30,413 bases of DNA from a virus (Duplodnaviria; Caudoviricetes): positions 1-30,413 of the IMG/VR virus record IMGVR_UViG_3300033407_000088, one strand, 5' to 3'. A program made the position numbers and the translations under genes. The first letter of the stretch is position 1. Every line of letters begins with the position of its first letter. The notes beneath the pieces were generated by a model. It did not search any database and was not told the DNA's origin. It saw nothing but the letters and a program-made list of their open reading frames with translations. Below are positions 8,641 through 18,009 of this stretch, piece after piece.

Positions 8641-9744
8641 ATGCTTGGATCAGTACAAATCAATAAGCTCAACCTCATTCAAGGGGCGCTGCCCGATGTT
8701 GAGCGGCATTTTCTTTTTATCGGAGATTGCGCGACCAATGCCGGCAGCATCCTGACAATTGGCCCTGACACCGACCTTGACGCGGCCCTTGGGGCTGCTG
8801 ATTCGGTTTTGAAAACTCAGGTGCTGGCAGCTCTGCAAAATGCCGGACAAAATTTTATAGCCTCCGTCATGCCGATTCAGGCTCCTACCACCTGGGCGGA
8901 CGCTGTCGATTTTGCTATGGAATCCATCACCTGTGAGGCTGTTGTCCTTGTTGATCCGATTACCGTCAATACCGATCTCGAAGCGATGCAGACCAAAACC
9001 GACGAAGTTATGGCGCTGTATATGCGGCCTATCTTTTTCATGGCTGCAGCTCGGGCCATTCTGGTGACCGAGTCCTGGGACGAATACATCACGGCCATTG
9101 AGCCGTTAACTGAAAATGTGGCCGCCGATCAGGTTTGCATTGTGCCGTATCTCTGGGGGCATGATCTTGGAGCTCTGGTCGGGAGGTTGTGTGACCGGTC
9201 GGTAACCGTCGCGGATACACCTATGAGGGTTGCGACGGGTTCGCTCTCCGGGGAATGGGCTGAGCGTCCGACCGATAAAAACGACGCTGCCATAACCCTG
9301 GCTCAGCTCAAACAGCTTGATGCCAACCGCTTTTCAGTTCCACAGTGGTACCCGGATTATCCCGGCACATACTGGGGTGACTGCAACATGCTTGATGTCC
9401 CTGGCGGCGATTATCAGGTGGTGGAAAATCTGCGCGTCATCCAAAAAGCCATGCGGAAGATTTACCCGCTGGCCGTGGCTCGGATCGGTGACAGGCGGCT
9501 GAACTCCACCCCTGTTTCCATCGCTGAAAATAAGTTGTTTTTCATGCGTCCGCTCAGGGCAATGGCTAAGAGCGTGACAATTCTTGGTAAAACTTTTCCA
9601 GGGGAAATCTACCCGCCGACCGACGACTCAATTGAAATCGTTTGGATGGATAAAACGACTGTGCAGATTTATTTGACGATCCAACCGTACAACTGTCCGA
9701 AGAGCATCACAGTCAACCTGGCGCTTGATCTGTCGAGCGAGTGA
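8641..9744 (+). CDS. Tail sheath protein (DUF2586-like, HP1 type)
   Basis: VQIN.LN..QG...VERHFLFIG, ADTPMRVATG and WYPDYPG.YW.D motifs. Confidence 0.88.
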   Translation: MLGSVQINKLNLIQGALPDVERHFLFIGDCATNAGSILTIGPDTDLDAALGAADSVLKTQVLAALQNAGQNFIASVMPIQAPTTWADAVDFAMESITCEAVVLVDPITVNTDLEAMQTKTDEVMALYMRPIFFMAAARAILVTESWDEYITAIEPLTENVAADQVCIVPYLWGHDLGALVGRLCDRSVTVADTPMRVATGSLSGEWAERPTDKNDAAITLAQLKQLDANRFSVPQWYPDYPGTYWGDCNMLDVPGGDYQVVENLRVIQKAMRKIYPLAVARIGDRRLNSTPVSIAENKLFFMRPLRAMAKSVTILGKTFPGEIYPPTDDSIEIVWMDKTTVQIYLTIQPYNCPKSITVNLALDLSSE

Positions 9745-9795
9745 TAACGGTCAGGCAGGTTTCATATTTAAAACTCTCACGTAAGGATCTGAACA

Positions 9796-10248
9796 ATGAA
9801 AAGAGTGAGTAATTCAAGTTTTGCTTTCACTTTGGGTGATTTCAAGCTTACCGCCGAAAAGGCGTCCATCTCGATTGAGGATGGCCGGAAAGTCGTCAAG
9901 GATGGCGGCGTTCCCAATGGCTACGTTGACGGAGAGGTCGGGGCGTCAGGAGAAATAGAGGTTGACGCTGCAGCGCTGTCAATCATCGCCGAAGAGGCAA
10001 AGAGCAAGGGGTCATGGCAGGAAATCGACCCGGTTGATCTGATGTTTTACGCCAAGGGAACCAAGGAGGAGGAGAAGGTCGAGGCCTTTGGTTGCCTGCT
10101 GAACCTGACCGATATCGCCGAGTATGACCCGACCAGCGATAAAAAGGCTACCACGAAAATTACGTTTGAGGTCACCAGTCCGGATTTTGTCCGCATTAAC
10201 GGTGTGCCGTATCTGGCTAAAGATCGGACTGAGGGGCTGGTGTCGTAA
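9796..10248 (+). CDS. Tail tube protein (DUF2597-like)
   Basis: GVPNGYVDGEV.ASGE and VTSPDFVRINGVPYL motifs. Confidence 0.88.
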   Translation: MKRVSNSSFAFTLGDFKLTAEKASISIEDGRKVVKDGGVPNGYVDGEVGASGEIEVDAAALSIIAEEAKSKGSWQEIDPVDLMFYAKGTKEEEKVEAFGCLLNLTDIAEYDPTSDKKATTKITFEVTSPDFVRINGVPYLAKDRTEGLVS

Positions 10249-10461
10249 ATGGATTTACTGGACAGGGCTCAGGAGCTGGAAGAGGAGCATCTTGAAAGGT
10301 CTCTCGCCTTTCGGTTTGTTGTTCCTGTTGGCCCTGCCCGTGAAAATTGCATTGAGTGCGATGACCCTATTCCGGCCAAGCGATTGGCGGCAATACCTGG
10401 TTGTCAATTGTGCGTTGACTGCCAGGCCGAACTTGAGATTGAGCAAAGGAAGCAGCTATGA
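10249..10461 (+). CDS. TraR/DksA-family C4 zinc-finger protein
   Basis: MD..D.AQ start; CIECDDPIP..R..A.PGC..CVDCQ. Confidence 0.9.
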   Translation: MDLLDRAQELEEEHLERSLAFRFVVPVGPARENCIECDDPIPAKRLAAIPGCQLCVDCQAELEIEQRKQL

Positions 10462-11015
10462 ACCTCCTGATTTTCCGGAAAATTATTTTTATCAATGAAC
10501 TTGGGGGCGTCAAGGATCGGCTGTACCGATTCAGCGACCCTGACGGCCCCTCTGGGCGGAGTGGTTATAGCTTCGGGTTGTGCCAATTTGATGTTGTTCA
10601 TAGCCCTGAAGCGGTTATGTGCCTGCGGGAATGTGAATTCACGACTGACGAAATAGCCAGACTGAAATCTCAAATTACGCTTACGCAAGCACTGGACTTT
10701 AAACTGGCTGAGCACAGTAAAACCGTTGATAAATGGGACAACAGGCAGCTTGACCAGTGTTTAACTCATCCAAATAACCTCTGTGAGAGGTCCGGGATAA
10801 TTGCTGACGATAAGACTATGTATCATATCGCAGATTATCATAATCAATTTTACATGAGTCGGGGCGGTAAGTTGCACAGGTTTTTAATTGACTTGCATCG
10901 GCCCGTGACTCCTGAAGATATCTTTCGTTTCAAGTTACATACGCGGTGGGGACTGCAGCGCCCGGATGACGTGCAAAGGCGTTACAACAACATAGTCGCT
11001 ATTTTCGGAGACTGA
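10458..11015 (+). CDS. Putative endolysin (lysozyme-like)
   Basis: Lysis-cassette position; early Glu (INE) and SGYSFG..QFD motif reminiscent of lysozyme-fold muramidases. Confidence 0.6.
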   Translation: MNLLIFRKIIFINELGGVKDRLYRFSDPDGPSGRSGYSFGLCQFDVVHSPEAVMCLRECEFTTDEIARLKSQITLTQALDFKLAEHSKTVDKWDNRQLDQCLTHPNNLCERSGIIADDKTMYHIADYHNQFYMSRGGKLHRFLIDLHRPVTPEDIFRFKLHTRWGLQRPDDVQRRYNNIVAIFGD

Positions 11016-11018
11016 AAA

Positions 11019-11597
11019 ATGGATCTTGGCAAGATACTGAAAAAAGTCGGCGGTGCAGTTATTAAGGACATCCTCCCCGGAGGCGGTATTGCTTCTCTTG
11101 TTATCGATGCCGTAAACGCTTTTCTTCCGGACAATGTCAAGTTGCCGGAGAACGCGACAGGGGACCAGGCTTTGACTGCAATAAGCAGTCTCCCCGCAGA
11201 ACAACAGGCGGCACTATTGAACAAGCAGTTTGATGTGGAAATAGCGGAGATTAACGGCTGGTCTCAAGTTGTCGAATCGCTCTCGAAAGCGGATGCTTCC
11301 GGATCTTCGACCCGTCCTGAAATTGCAAAAATGATGGCCGTGGTGGTGGCTTTTGCCGTTGTCCTGGCAACCAGCACATGGGCTATAGCTGTCTTGACAA
11401 ACAAGGGCGAACTGCTGGCAAACCTGAATGGCTCGTGGCCTCTGATCGTCACTATTATTGGTACCCCGACAGCCCTGCTACGGGCTTATTTCGGGCTGCG
11501 CACAGATGAAAAAAAATCGAGGTATTCAGTGGCCTGTGGTGGAGCTGTCCCGCAAGGCGGGATGTTGGCAAACCTGGCCGCACTGATAAAGCGCTGA
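11019..11597 (+). CDS. Putative holin-like membrane protein
   Basis: Two C-terminal hydrophobic helices after TRP, ending YFGLRT.EK, resembling 3TM holins; next to the endolysin. Confidence 0.55.
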   Translation: MDLGKILKKVGGAVIKDILPGGGIASLVIDAVNAFLPDNVKLPENATGDQALTAISSLPAEQQAALLNKQFDVEIAEINGWSQVVESLSKADASGSSTRPEIAKMMAVVVAFAVVLATSTWAIAVLTNKGELLANLNGSWPLIVTIIGTPTALLRAYFGLRTDEKKSRYSVACGGAVPQGGMLANLAALIKR

Positions 11598-11598
11598 C

Positions 11599-11823
11599 AT
11601 GGAAATCATTGAGATTATAGCCCGTTATGTCTGGCCTGCCGTCCTGGCCTGGAATATTTACCTGTTCACGGGACTCCGGTCCCAAGAGCTCGCTCACATC
11701 GAGTACAAACTTTTCGTCGCCGAAAACTACACGTCAAAGGACGATCTAAAAACAATGTTTGACGCTTTCGAACGGCGCTTTGACGACAAATTTCGAATGC
11801 TTGCAAAGCTGGTTGATAAATAA
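11599..11823 (+). CDS. Small membrane protein of the lysis region
   Basis: N-terminal hydrophobic helix with a charged helical tail. Confidence 0.55.
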   Translation: MEIIEIIARYVWPAVLAWNIYLFTGLRSQELAHIEYKLFVAENYTSKDDLKTMFDAFERRFDDKFRMLAKLVDK

Positions 11824-11846
11824 AAAACTTTTATGGGAGACAGAAG

Positions 11847-12107
11847 ATGAGTGAAACAATTGTCATGAATATCAACGGTGAACGTGTGTCGTTTGACATC
11901 ACGACCGACAACCATGAACGCCTGATTAATGAGATGATGCCGAACAACAAAGTCGGGCCCATGCATAATTTCCTGGTCCGGAGCGTGACCAAAGAATCAA
12001 AAGAAACGCTGATGCCGTTTCTAAAAAATCCCACGTCGGTAGTCACTATCGGGCAACATCTGATTGAAAAGTTTATCCCCCAACTGGAAATAACCGTGGG
12101 GGAGTAG
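11847..12107 (+). CDS. Tail assembly chaperone
   Basis: NKV.P.HNFL motif; upstream of the tape measure; ends GTG GGG GAG TAG. Confidence 0.8.
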   Translation: MSETIVMNINGERVSFDITTDNHERLINEMMPNNKVGPMHNFLVRSVTKESKETLMPFLKNPTSVVTIGQHLIEKFIPQLEITVGE

Positions 12108-12292
12108 AACGGGTGGCGGAGAGTATTGAGCGAAATGCTCTGTCCCAAATGGCGGTATTCTCCCGCAAGTGGTTCCCCGGGCGCGAAGTGACGACTCGGT
12201 CCATGGGGGAGGCCGTTTTTTTGGAAAAAGATTTTTGGGCAAAACAGAGAATAGCGATACAGAGCGGTATTTCCATGGCGTTTAAAGGGTAA
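12098..12292 (+). CDS. -1 frameshift extension of the tail assembly chaperone (not in ORF track)
   Basis: -1 frame open from the G run: GVERVAESIERNALSQMAVFSRKWFPGREVTTRSMGEAVFLEKDFWAKQRIAIQSGISMAFKG*, ending 5 bp before the tape measure. Confidence 0.75.
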   Translation, partial: GGVERVAESIERNALSQMAVFSRKWFPGREVTTRSMGEAVFLEKDFWAKQRIAIQSGISMAFKG

Positions 12293-12297
12293 ACCAG

Positions 12298-14076
12298 ATG
12301 TCGTCAATGTTACAAAAATTGCTGTTTTCCGTAGGGCTGCTGGATAAAGTTTCCGGCCCCGCAGGCAAAATACAAAAGACGCTGGGAAACGTTGCCAATA
12401 CAGCCACGGAAAGTTTTGCTAAAATGGCCGGAGGGGCAGCCGGTGTTGTCGCTTCCAGCTACGCCATGACCTCTCTTGCCACCCCCGCCCATGATTTAAA
12501 CTTGGCGCTTGGTGAGGTCCGCAGTCTTGATGTAGCGCAAAGCGGCCTTGATGCGCTCTCGAATTCGGCGGTTTCCTTTTCTGTTAAATATGGCGAGTCT
12601 GCCGCTGATTTCGTCAAATCATCTTATGATATTCAATCCGCTATTGCCGGGCTGCAGGGCAACGAGCTGGCTTCATTTACCAATGCCTCCGCCGTTCTGG
12701 CAAAAGGTACCAAGTCGGATGCCGGGACCATCACCAACTACATGGGCACCATGTACGGCATTTTCAAAAACTCTGCCGATAACATGGGCAAAGCTGAATG
12801 GGTTGAGCAGCTCACCGGCCAGACGGCCACGGCGGTGCAGATGTTTAAAACCACCGGTAGCGGAATGGCTGAAGCGTTCAGCAGCATAGGGGCAAGCGCC
12901 ACGGCGGCGGGAATAGCGCAGTCCGAACAGATGGCAATCCTTGGCACGCTGCAGGCGACAATGACCGGCTCCGAAGCGGGAACAAAATATAAAGCGTTCC
13001 TGACAGGTGTCGGCGAAGCACAAGACAAGCTTGGTCTTAAATTTACCGACTCTCAGGGTAACATGCTGGGGATGGTCGATATTTTGGGCAAGCTGCAGGG
13101 TAAGTTCGGCAGCACCTTTGATGTAGCCGAATCGGACGCATTGAAAAAAGCGTTCGGCTCTGATGAAGCTGTTGGCATGATCAAATTGCTAATGGCGGAC
13201 ACCACCGGTCTGACCAAATCAATTGATGCGATCGGCAAAGTCACCGGCATGGAAAAAGCCCAGAAGATGGCAAAGGACATGGTCGATCCTTTCCAGCGCT
13301 GGAACCAGGGGATTAACGCGGTCAAGATCGGCTTGGGTCAAGCATTGTTACCAATCCTCTACCCACTGAGTGAAAAACTGGCAGAGGGCGCAGGCTGGAT
13401 CCACAATTGGACTCAACGCTCTCCGATGCTGACAAAAGTTATAGGGTTTACGGTTATCGGGGTCACGGCCCTGGTTGCCGGTTTCTCGATTTTCGCTATC
13501 GTCTGCGGGATGGCAAGCATGACTGCAGGGGCTTTCGGGGTTGTTATGGCGGTTATTACCAGCCCTATCACCGGAATAATTCTTTTGATTGGCGGACTTA
13601 TCGCAGGAGTGGCCGCGGCTGTCTACTATTGGGACACGTTTAAGGCAAGCATGGGCGACACGGCATGGGGCCGAATGTTGATTTTTATCCTGGAAAAGAT
13701 CGGATCCGTTTTTGCGTTTGTCTGGGACTCCTCGGTCCAGAGTTTTATGCAGTGGGGCGAAGCGATTGAATCCATGGTCATGCCCTATCTCAACATGCTC
13801 TCGGATGCTTTTGCTTCTATCGGTGACGCGGCCAATTGGGTGGCCGAAAAGTTCGGTTTCGGTGATGACAAAGTGGCTGCGCCGGCGTCATCGCCTCACC
13901 TTGATGCCGCAAAAAAAGCGGAGGTCTTGCCGGGTGGGGCTTCTCAATCTATCGCCACCGCTGTGAACAACAGCAGCAAGTCCGAATCCAGGTCTGTCAA
14001 TATCGGCTCGGTGACCACGAGCCGACCGCTGAACGCCCAGGAAGTCAACAACATGGCACTCATGGCGGGGGCGTGA
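12298..14076 (+). CDS. Tail tape measure protein
   Basis: Ala/Gly-rich; ALGEV.SL, YDIQSAI and G.EAGTKYKAFL motifs; hydrophobic segments. Confidence 0.93.
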   Translation: MSSMLQKLLFSVGLLDKVSGPAGKIQKTLGNVANTATESFAKMAGGAAGVVASSYAMTSLATPAHDLNLALGEVRSLDVAQSGLDALSNSAVSFSVKYGESAADFVKSSYDIQSAIAGLQGNELASFTNASAVLAKGTKSDAGTITNYMGTMYGIFKNSADNMGKAEWVEQLTGQTATAVQMFKTTGSGMAEAFSSIGASATAAGIAQSEQMAILGTLQATMTGSEAGTKYKAFLTGVGEAQDKLGLKFTDSQGNMLGMVDILGKLQGKFGSTFDVAESDALKKAFGSDEAVGMIKLLMADTTGLTKSIDAIGKVTGMEKAQKMAKDMVDPFQRWNQGINAVKIGLGQALLPILYPLSEKLAEGAGWIHNWTQRSPMLTKVIGFTVIGVTALVAGFSIFAIVCGMASMTAGAFGVVMAVITSPITGIILLIGGLIAGVAAAVYYWDTFKASMGDTAWGRMLIFILEKIGSVFAFVWDSSVQSFMQWGEAIESMVMPYLNMLSDAFASIGDAANWVAEKFGFGDDKVAAPASSPHLDAAKKAEVLPGGASQSIATAVNNSSKSESRSVNIGSVTTSRPLNAQEVNNMALMAGA

Positions 14077-14408
14077 TGAGCGAGATAGATAAATTTTTTG
14101 ATCTACTCATAACAGACGATGACCTGACGCCGGATGCCGCTCGAAATCCTGTCATCATCTCTGATCGTGACGTTATCGCGCAGGATCTGGTTCATATGAT
14201 CCGTGAGGCTGGCTATCTTCCGCCATTGGTCGGCAACCGGAATCGGGACCTGACGGAGCGGACGAAAGTCGAAATCACCCTGGCGGTTGATAATGACTAT
14301 AGAATTGTTCCGGGATCCGCGTATATCGATGAGCCGGAAGACGGCATTTTTTATCTTGTTGCCGACACCATTGATTTCGGGCCGGTGCAAATATTTTTGG
14401 GGGCTTAG
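14073..14408 (+). CDS. Baseplate wedge protein (DUF2590-like)
   Basis: DLLI, IAQD..H.IRE.G and RIVPG motifs. Confidence 0.8.
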   Translation: MMSEIDKFFDLLITDDDLTPDAARNPVIISDRDVIAQDLVHMIREAGYLPPLVGNRNRDLTERTKVEITLAVDNDYRIVPGSAYIDEPEDGIFYLVADTIDFGPVQIFLGA

Positions 14409-15584
14409 ATGGCTGACTCCGTTTACAAACAAATGGTTATTGACGCCGGGATCCCGACCACGCAGGCAGAGATGCAAGCGCAGTGGAACGCGCTGAATGC
14501 GGCGGAAGATGTGCAGATTGCCAATGATTCGAACTGGTCTCCCTTCTGGCGGTTGATTTCGGCGATTGTGACCACGCCGGCGCAATGGCTGGTTGATCTG
14601 CTGATTACCTACGCTCTGCCGAATGCCTTTTTAAAAGACGCGACCGGCGCATGGCTTGACCTGTTGGCCTGGGCGGTGGACGTGGAAAGAAAGGCAGCGA
14701 CGAAAACGGTCGGCAAGGTGCTTGTAACAAAAGAAAATGCTGCAGCCGAAACGATTATCGAAGCGGGAATCTTCATCGCGACGAACGCTATAAACGGGGT
14801 GGTGTACCGGGTTGTGACAACCGTGCAGACAACCATTCCGAGCGGGACGCTGACGGCTCTTATTCCAGTCGTAGCAGAACTTGCCGGGACGGCTTACAAC
14901 CTGGGGCCTGGCTATTTCTCGATATTGCCCGAGCCGATTGCCGGTGTTGCCTCCGTGACCAATGACTCAGACTGGATTGAGACTGCCGGAGCCGATGCGG
15001 AATCGGATGCTGCGTTACGGCTTCGCTGCCGGAATCAGTTTTCGGCGGTTGGGCAGTATCATCATGATTCGGCATACCGGGCCGACATCACGCTCTTTGC
15101 GGGGATTCAGGCTGATTATGTCTGGTTCGAGCATGGCGCGCCCAGGGGCGCGGGATCGGCAAACGCCTATATCATGATTGACAGCGGGGCACCATCTCAG
15201 GAGTTTGTTGACGGGATCAACGACTATATCACCACACAAGGCCATCATGGGCATGGTGACGATATGCTTTGCATGCCTATGCCGCTGACGCCGTATTCCC
15301 TGGCTGTCACAGTTTACTATGACAGCGTCCTTACTGCGGATAGGCAGGCCGCACTACAGACGGACGTTACCGATATTATCCGCTATGCGTTCAGGGAAAA
15401 TCAGGATTACACCGGAGTTACGCGGACAATGCCGTTTTCCCGGTTCAGCTTTTCCCGGCTGGCCGATGAATTACACCAGCGCCTGCCGGATCTGATGAGT
15501 GTAGCCTTTTCGCTGCCTGATATTGTTGCGGCAATGGAGCTGGCTACGCTCGACCCACTGACCGTCACACTTGAGGTTGCCTGA
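14409..15584 (+). CDS. Baseplate J-like protein
   Basis: SPFWRL, G.D.ESD..LR.R, PRG.GSAN and HGHGDD motifs. Confidence 0.92.
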   Translation: MADSVYKQMVIDAGIPTTQAEMQAQWNALNAAEDVQIANDSNWSPFWRLISAIVTTPAQWLVDLLITYALPNAFLKDATGAWLDLLAWAVDVERKAATKTVGKVLVTKENAAAETIIEAGIFIATNAINGVVYRVVTTVQTTIPSGTLTALIPVVAELAGTAYNLGPGYFSILPEPIAGVASVTNDSDWIETAGADAESDAALRLRCRNQFSAVGQYHHDSAYRADITLFAGIQADYVWFEHGAPRGAGSANAYIMIDSGAPSQEFVDGINDYITTQGHHGHGDDMLCMPMPLTPYSLAVTVYYDSVLTADRQAALQTDVTDIIRYAFRENQDYTGVTRTMPFSRFSFSRLADELHQRLPDLMSVAFSLPDIVAAMELATLDPLTVTLEVA

Positions 15585-15585
15585 T

Positions 15586-16131
15586 ATGAGCGATCCGGTT
15601 CTGCCAAAACTTTCCTTGCCGGTATGGATGAGCAAGGGCGAGGTTGGAAAGCTGGCGGCTGCGGCTTATGCCTGGTTTTCCCTGTTGGTTTCTTATGCGC
15701 TTTGGCCGCTGAAACAGCTCGACCCTATGGCCTGCAGCGAGCAAGTCCTTAATTTGGTGGCCTGGCAAAGGGACATTACCCGTTTTGCCGGGGAACCGCT
15801 TGCTCTGTACCGGTTGCGCGTAACACATGCCTATGCCAACGCTGTTGACTCCGGCAGTGTTGCCGGGTTCAAGCGGATTTTCGAACGGCTGGGTATTGGC
15901 TATATCGAGATAGCGGAACGCATGGACGGCCTTGATTGGGATGTCATCAATATCACCATGTCTGACACTCAGCTTGCCGAGAACGAAAGTCTGCTGGAAG
16001 TATTGATCCAGCATTACGGCAGAACGTGCCGGCGCTATGGCTGGAATATTATTACCCCGATACCAATGGAGATTCAGGTTGTCGAATTTTCCAATGAAAC
16101 GATTACGTCACTGGCTATTCTGGAGGAATAA
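15586..16131 (+). CDS. Baseplate/tail protein I-like
   Basis: LP.W, DP..C...L.L.AWQRDI.RF and GRTCRRY motifs; start set at the ATG just after the J stop. Confidence 0.85.
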   Translation: MSDPVLPKLSLPVWMSKGEVGKLAAAAYAWFSLLVSYALWPLKQLDPMACSEQVLNLVAWQRDITRFAGEPLALYRLRVTHAYANAVDSGSVAGFKRIFERLGIGYIEIAERMDGLDWDVINITMSDTQLAENESLLEVLIQHYGRTCRRYGWNIITPIPMEIQVVEFSNETITSLAILEE

Positions 16132-16136
16132 CGAGC

Positions 16137-17120
16137 ATGAGCAGTGCAATTACCAATGTAGGACAAACGCGAATAAACCAGCTGCGTGGCGAGGAATTGC
16201 CGCTTGTCATTGATAGGATGGTCCTTGCTTTAATCCCTGGGCTTGATCCGACACTGGCTGTGGACAGATCACAACAGATGCCGGACCCTGGGGATATTGT
16301 CCATACGGCAATTATCGATGCTGATCATAAAGGCTATGTGGATCCGGATCAGGTTGTTTATTCCATCATTCTTGGCTCGGATGTCGGTGATTTCTCTTTC
16401 AACTGGATCGGCCTTATTGAGGCGGTGACCGATACGGTTATCGCAATTACCACGACTCCGGAGACGCCGAAACGGGCAACGAATCTCGCAACAAACACAA
16501 CCGGCAACAACATCACCCGTAATTTTATGATTGCGTTTCAGGACGCGCAGAATCTTACTGGTGTCACGGTTGCGGCTGAGACATGGCAGTTTGATTATCA
16601 GGCTGAGTTCTCAGGCCACGAAATGCTTGTCGTTGATCCGACCCAAGAAGGTGCTGATAAAAAACATGTAACAGATAGTCAGGCTAAGGTCTGGCAGGAT
16701 CATGTTGGAGACCAGATTCATACTCGGCTTGCAACAGAAAATATTGCTGGCCTAATCGAGTTGGCGGCAGATGCTGAAGCACAGGGGCTTGTTGCTAATG
16801 ATAAGGCTATCACTCCCGCGACCCTGGATTCGGCGTTTAAAGGTGCGAATCAGTCGGAAGGAGCCCCTCGATACCAACGGCTCCCTGGGGGCTTTATTCT
16901 ACAGATCGGAAATGTCATCAACAGCGCAACACCAACTGTTTCAACTTTGGTGACATTTCCAATTGCGTTTCCAACAGTATGTTTTGGTGTGCTGATAAGC
17001 AATAGGTATTCATCTGCATCAGGTATTAGTTTCGCGGCGACGGCAGAGACAAAAACAGGCTTTTCTTCCACATGCAGCGCTGCTAACGCCGGTGCAGTTT
17101 GGTTTGCACTCGGTAAATAA
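16137..17120 (+). CDS. Tail (collar) fibre protein
   Basis: VVYS..L..DVGDF.FNWIGL baseplate-binding N-terminus; G.IELA/KAITP repeat; LPGG.ILQ.G...FPIAFP...W.A.G C-terminus. Confidence 0.88.
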   Translation: MSSAITNVGQTRINQLRGEELPLVIDRMVLALIPGLDPTLAVDRSQQMPDPGDIVHTAIIDADHKGYVDPDQVVYSIILGSDVGDFSFNWIGLIEAVTDTVIAITTTPETPKRATNLATNTTGNNITRNFMIAFQDAQNLTGVTVAAETWQFDYQAEFSGHEMLVVDPTQEGADKKHVTDSQAKVWQDHVGDQIHTRLATENIAGLIELAADAEAQGLVANDKAITPATLDSAFKGANQSEGAPRYQRLPGGFILQIGNVINSATPTVSTLVTFPIAFPTVCFGVLISNRYSSASGISFAATAETKTGFSSTCSAANAGAVWFALGK

Positions 17121-17137
17121 AAACAAAGAGGTATTGT

Positions 17138-17716
17138 ATGCTTTACGCAAAATCCACAGGTGGTTTCTATATTAACTCAATCCATGGTGACACCATCCCA
17201 TCAGACGCCGTTGAAATAACCGACGAATTGTATTCAACACTTTTGACGGGGCAGGCGGAAGGCAAGCAGATATTTACCGACACAGAAGGGCACCCTTTTT
17301 TAGTAGTTCCGCCAGGGCCAACCGATCTCTACAAAACCGATGACGGTGTCAATTGGATATTTGATATTGATACTGCAAAAAAAAATCTATTTGCTTCTAT
17401 CCAAGCCGAAAAAAAACGAGTCAAAGACGGAGGCTTTCCGCTTGATGGCGTTCTGTTTGATTCAGACGATGCTGCAAATATTGCCTACCTGCAGCTACAA
17501 GTTAAGCTCAGTTCAACTCCTGACTACACTATCCGATGGAAAGCAAGCGCAGGCGTGTGGATCACGATGGACGCCACGCTTTTTACAAGCGTGGCTGCCG
17601 GTCTCGAGGCGCATTATTCGGCTTGTTTTGCCTGGCAGGAAGCAAAGGAAATAGAAATAGCCTCCTGCACAACTGCGGCTGAACTTGAGGCCGTGTCCGT
17701 GGTTTTTGGGGAGTAA
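17138..17716 (+). CDS. Tail fibre assembly protein with DUF4376-like C-terminus
   Basis: STGGFY...HG..IP.DAVEI..E.Y..L..GQ..GK N-terminus; GG...G..FDSD C-terminal region. Confidence 0.78.
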   Translation: MLYAKSTGGFYINSIHGDTIPSDAVEITDELYSTLLTGQAEGKQIFTDTEGHPFLVVPPGPTDLYKTDDGVNWIFDIDTAKKNLFASIQAEKKRVKDGGFPLDGVLFDSDDAANIAYLQLQVKLSSTPDYTIRWKASAGVWITMDATLFTSVAAGLEAHYSACFAWQEAKEIEIASCTTAAELEAVSVVFGE

Positions 17717-17721
17717 CGACG

Positions 17722-18009
17722 ATGCAAGATCATTGCACCTGGTGGCCCGACCTCTGGTATGGCGAATGCTGCAAATCCCACGACGAAACGGCACCGGACG
17801 AAAAAATTTCCTGGATCATGCAAAACTGGTGGCTGGCTTATTGTGTGTGGGCCTCAAGCTACAGTCCTAAAAACTGCGACACCGCCTGGAAGGTCACGTG
17901 GGGGCGATACATTGCGCCTGTCTTGATGTTCCTGGGAACAACAACATTCGGCTGGTTCTGGCGATGGAAAGCAGCCGGGGAAAAAACACTCAACGAGGCC
18001 TTGCCATGA
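17722..18009 (+). CDS. Small Cys/Trp-rich protein with a CT..PD...CC..HD motif
   Basis: ORF fits between tail genes with ATGA coupling; hydrophobic C-terminus. Confidence 0.6.
   Translation: MQDHCTWWPDLWYGECCKSHDETAPDEKISWIMQNWWLAYCVWASSYSPKNCDTAWKVTWGRYIAPVLMFLGTTTFGWFWRWKAAGEKTLNEALP

Noticed and set aside
16137-17716. Tail fibre variation system (invertase shufflon or DGR)
   Set aside because: No invertase, reverse transcriptase, inverted fibre cassette or template/variable repeat pair was seen.
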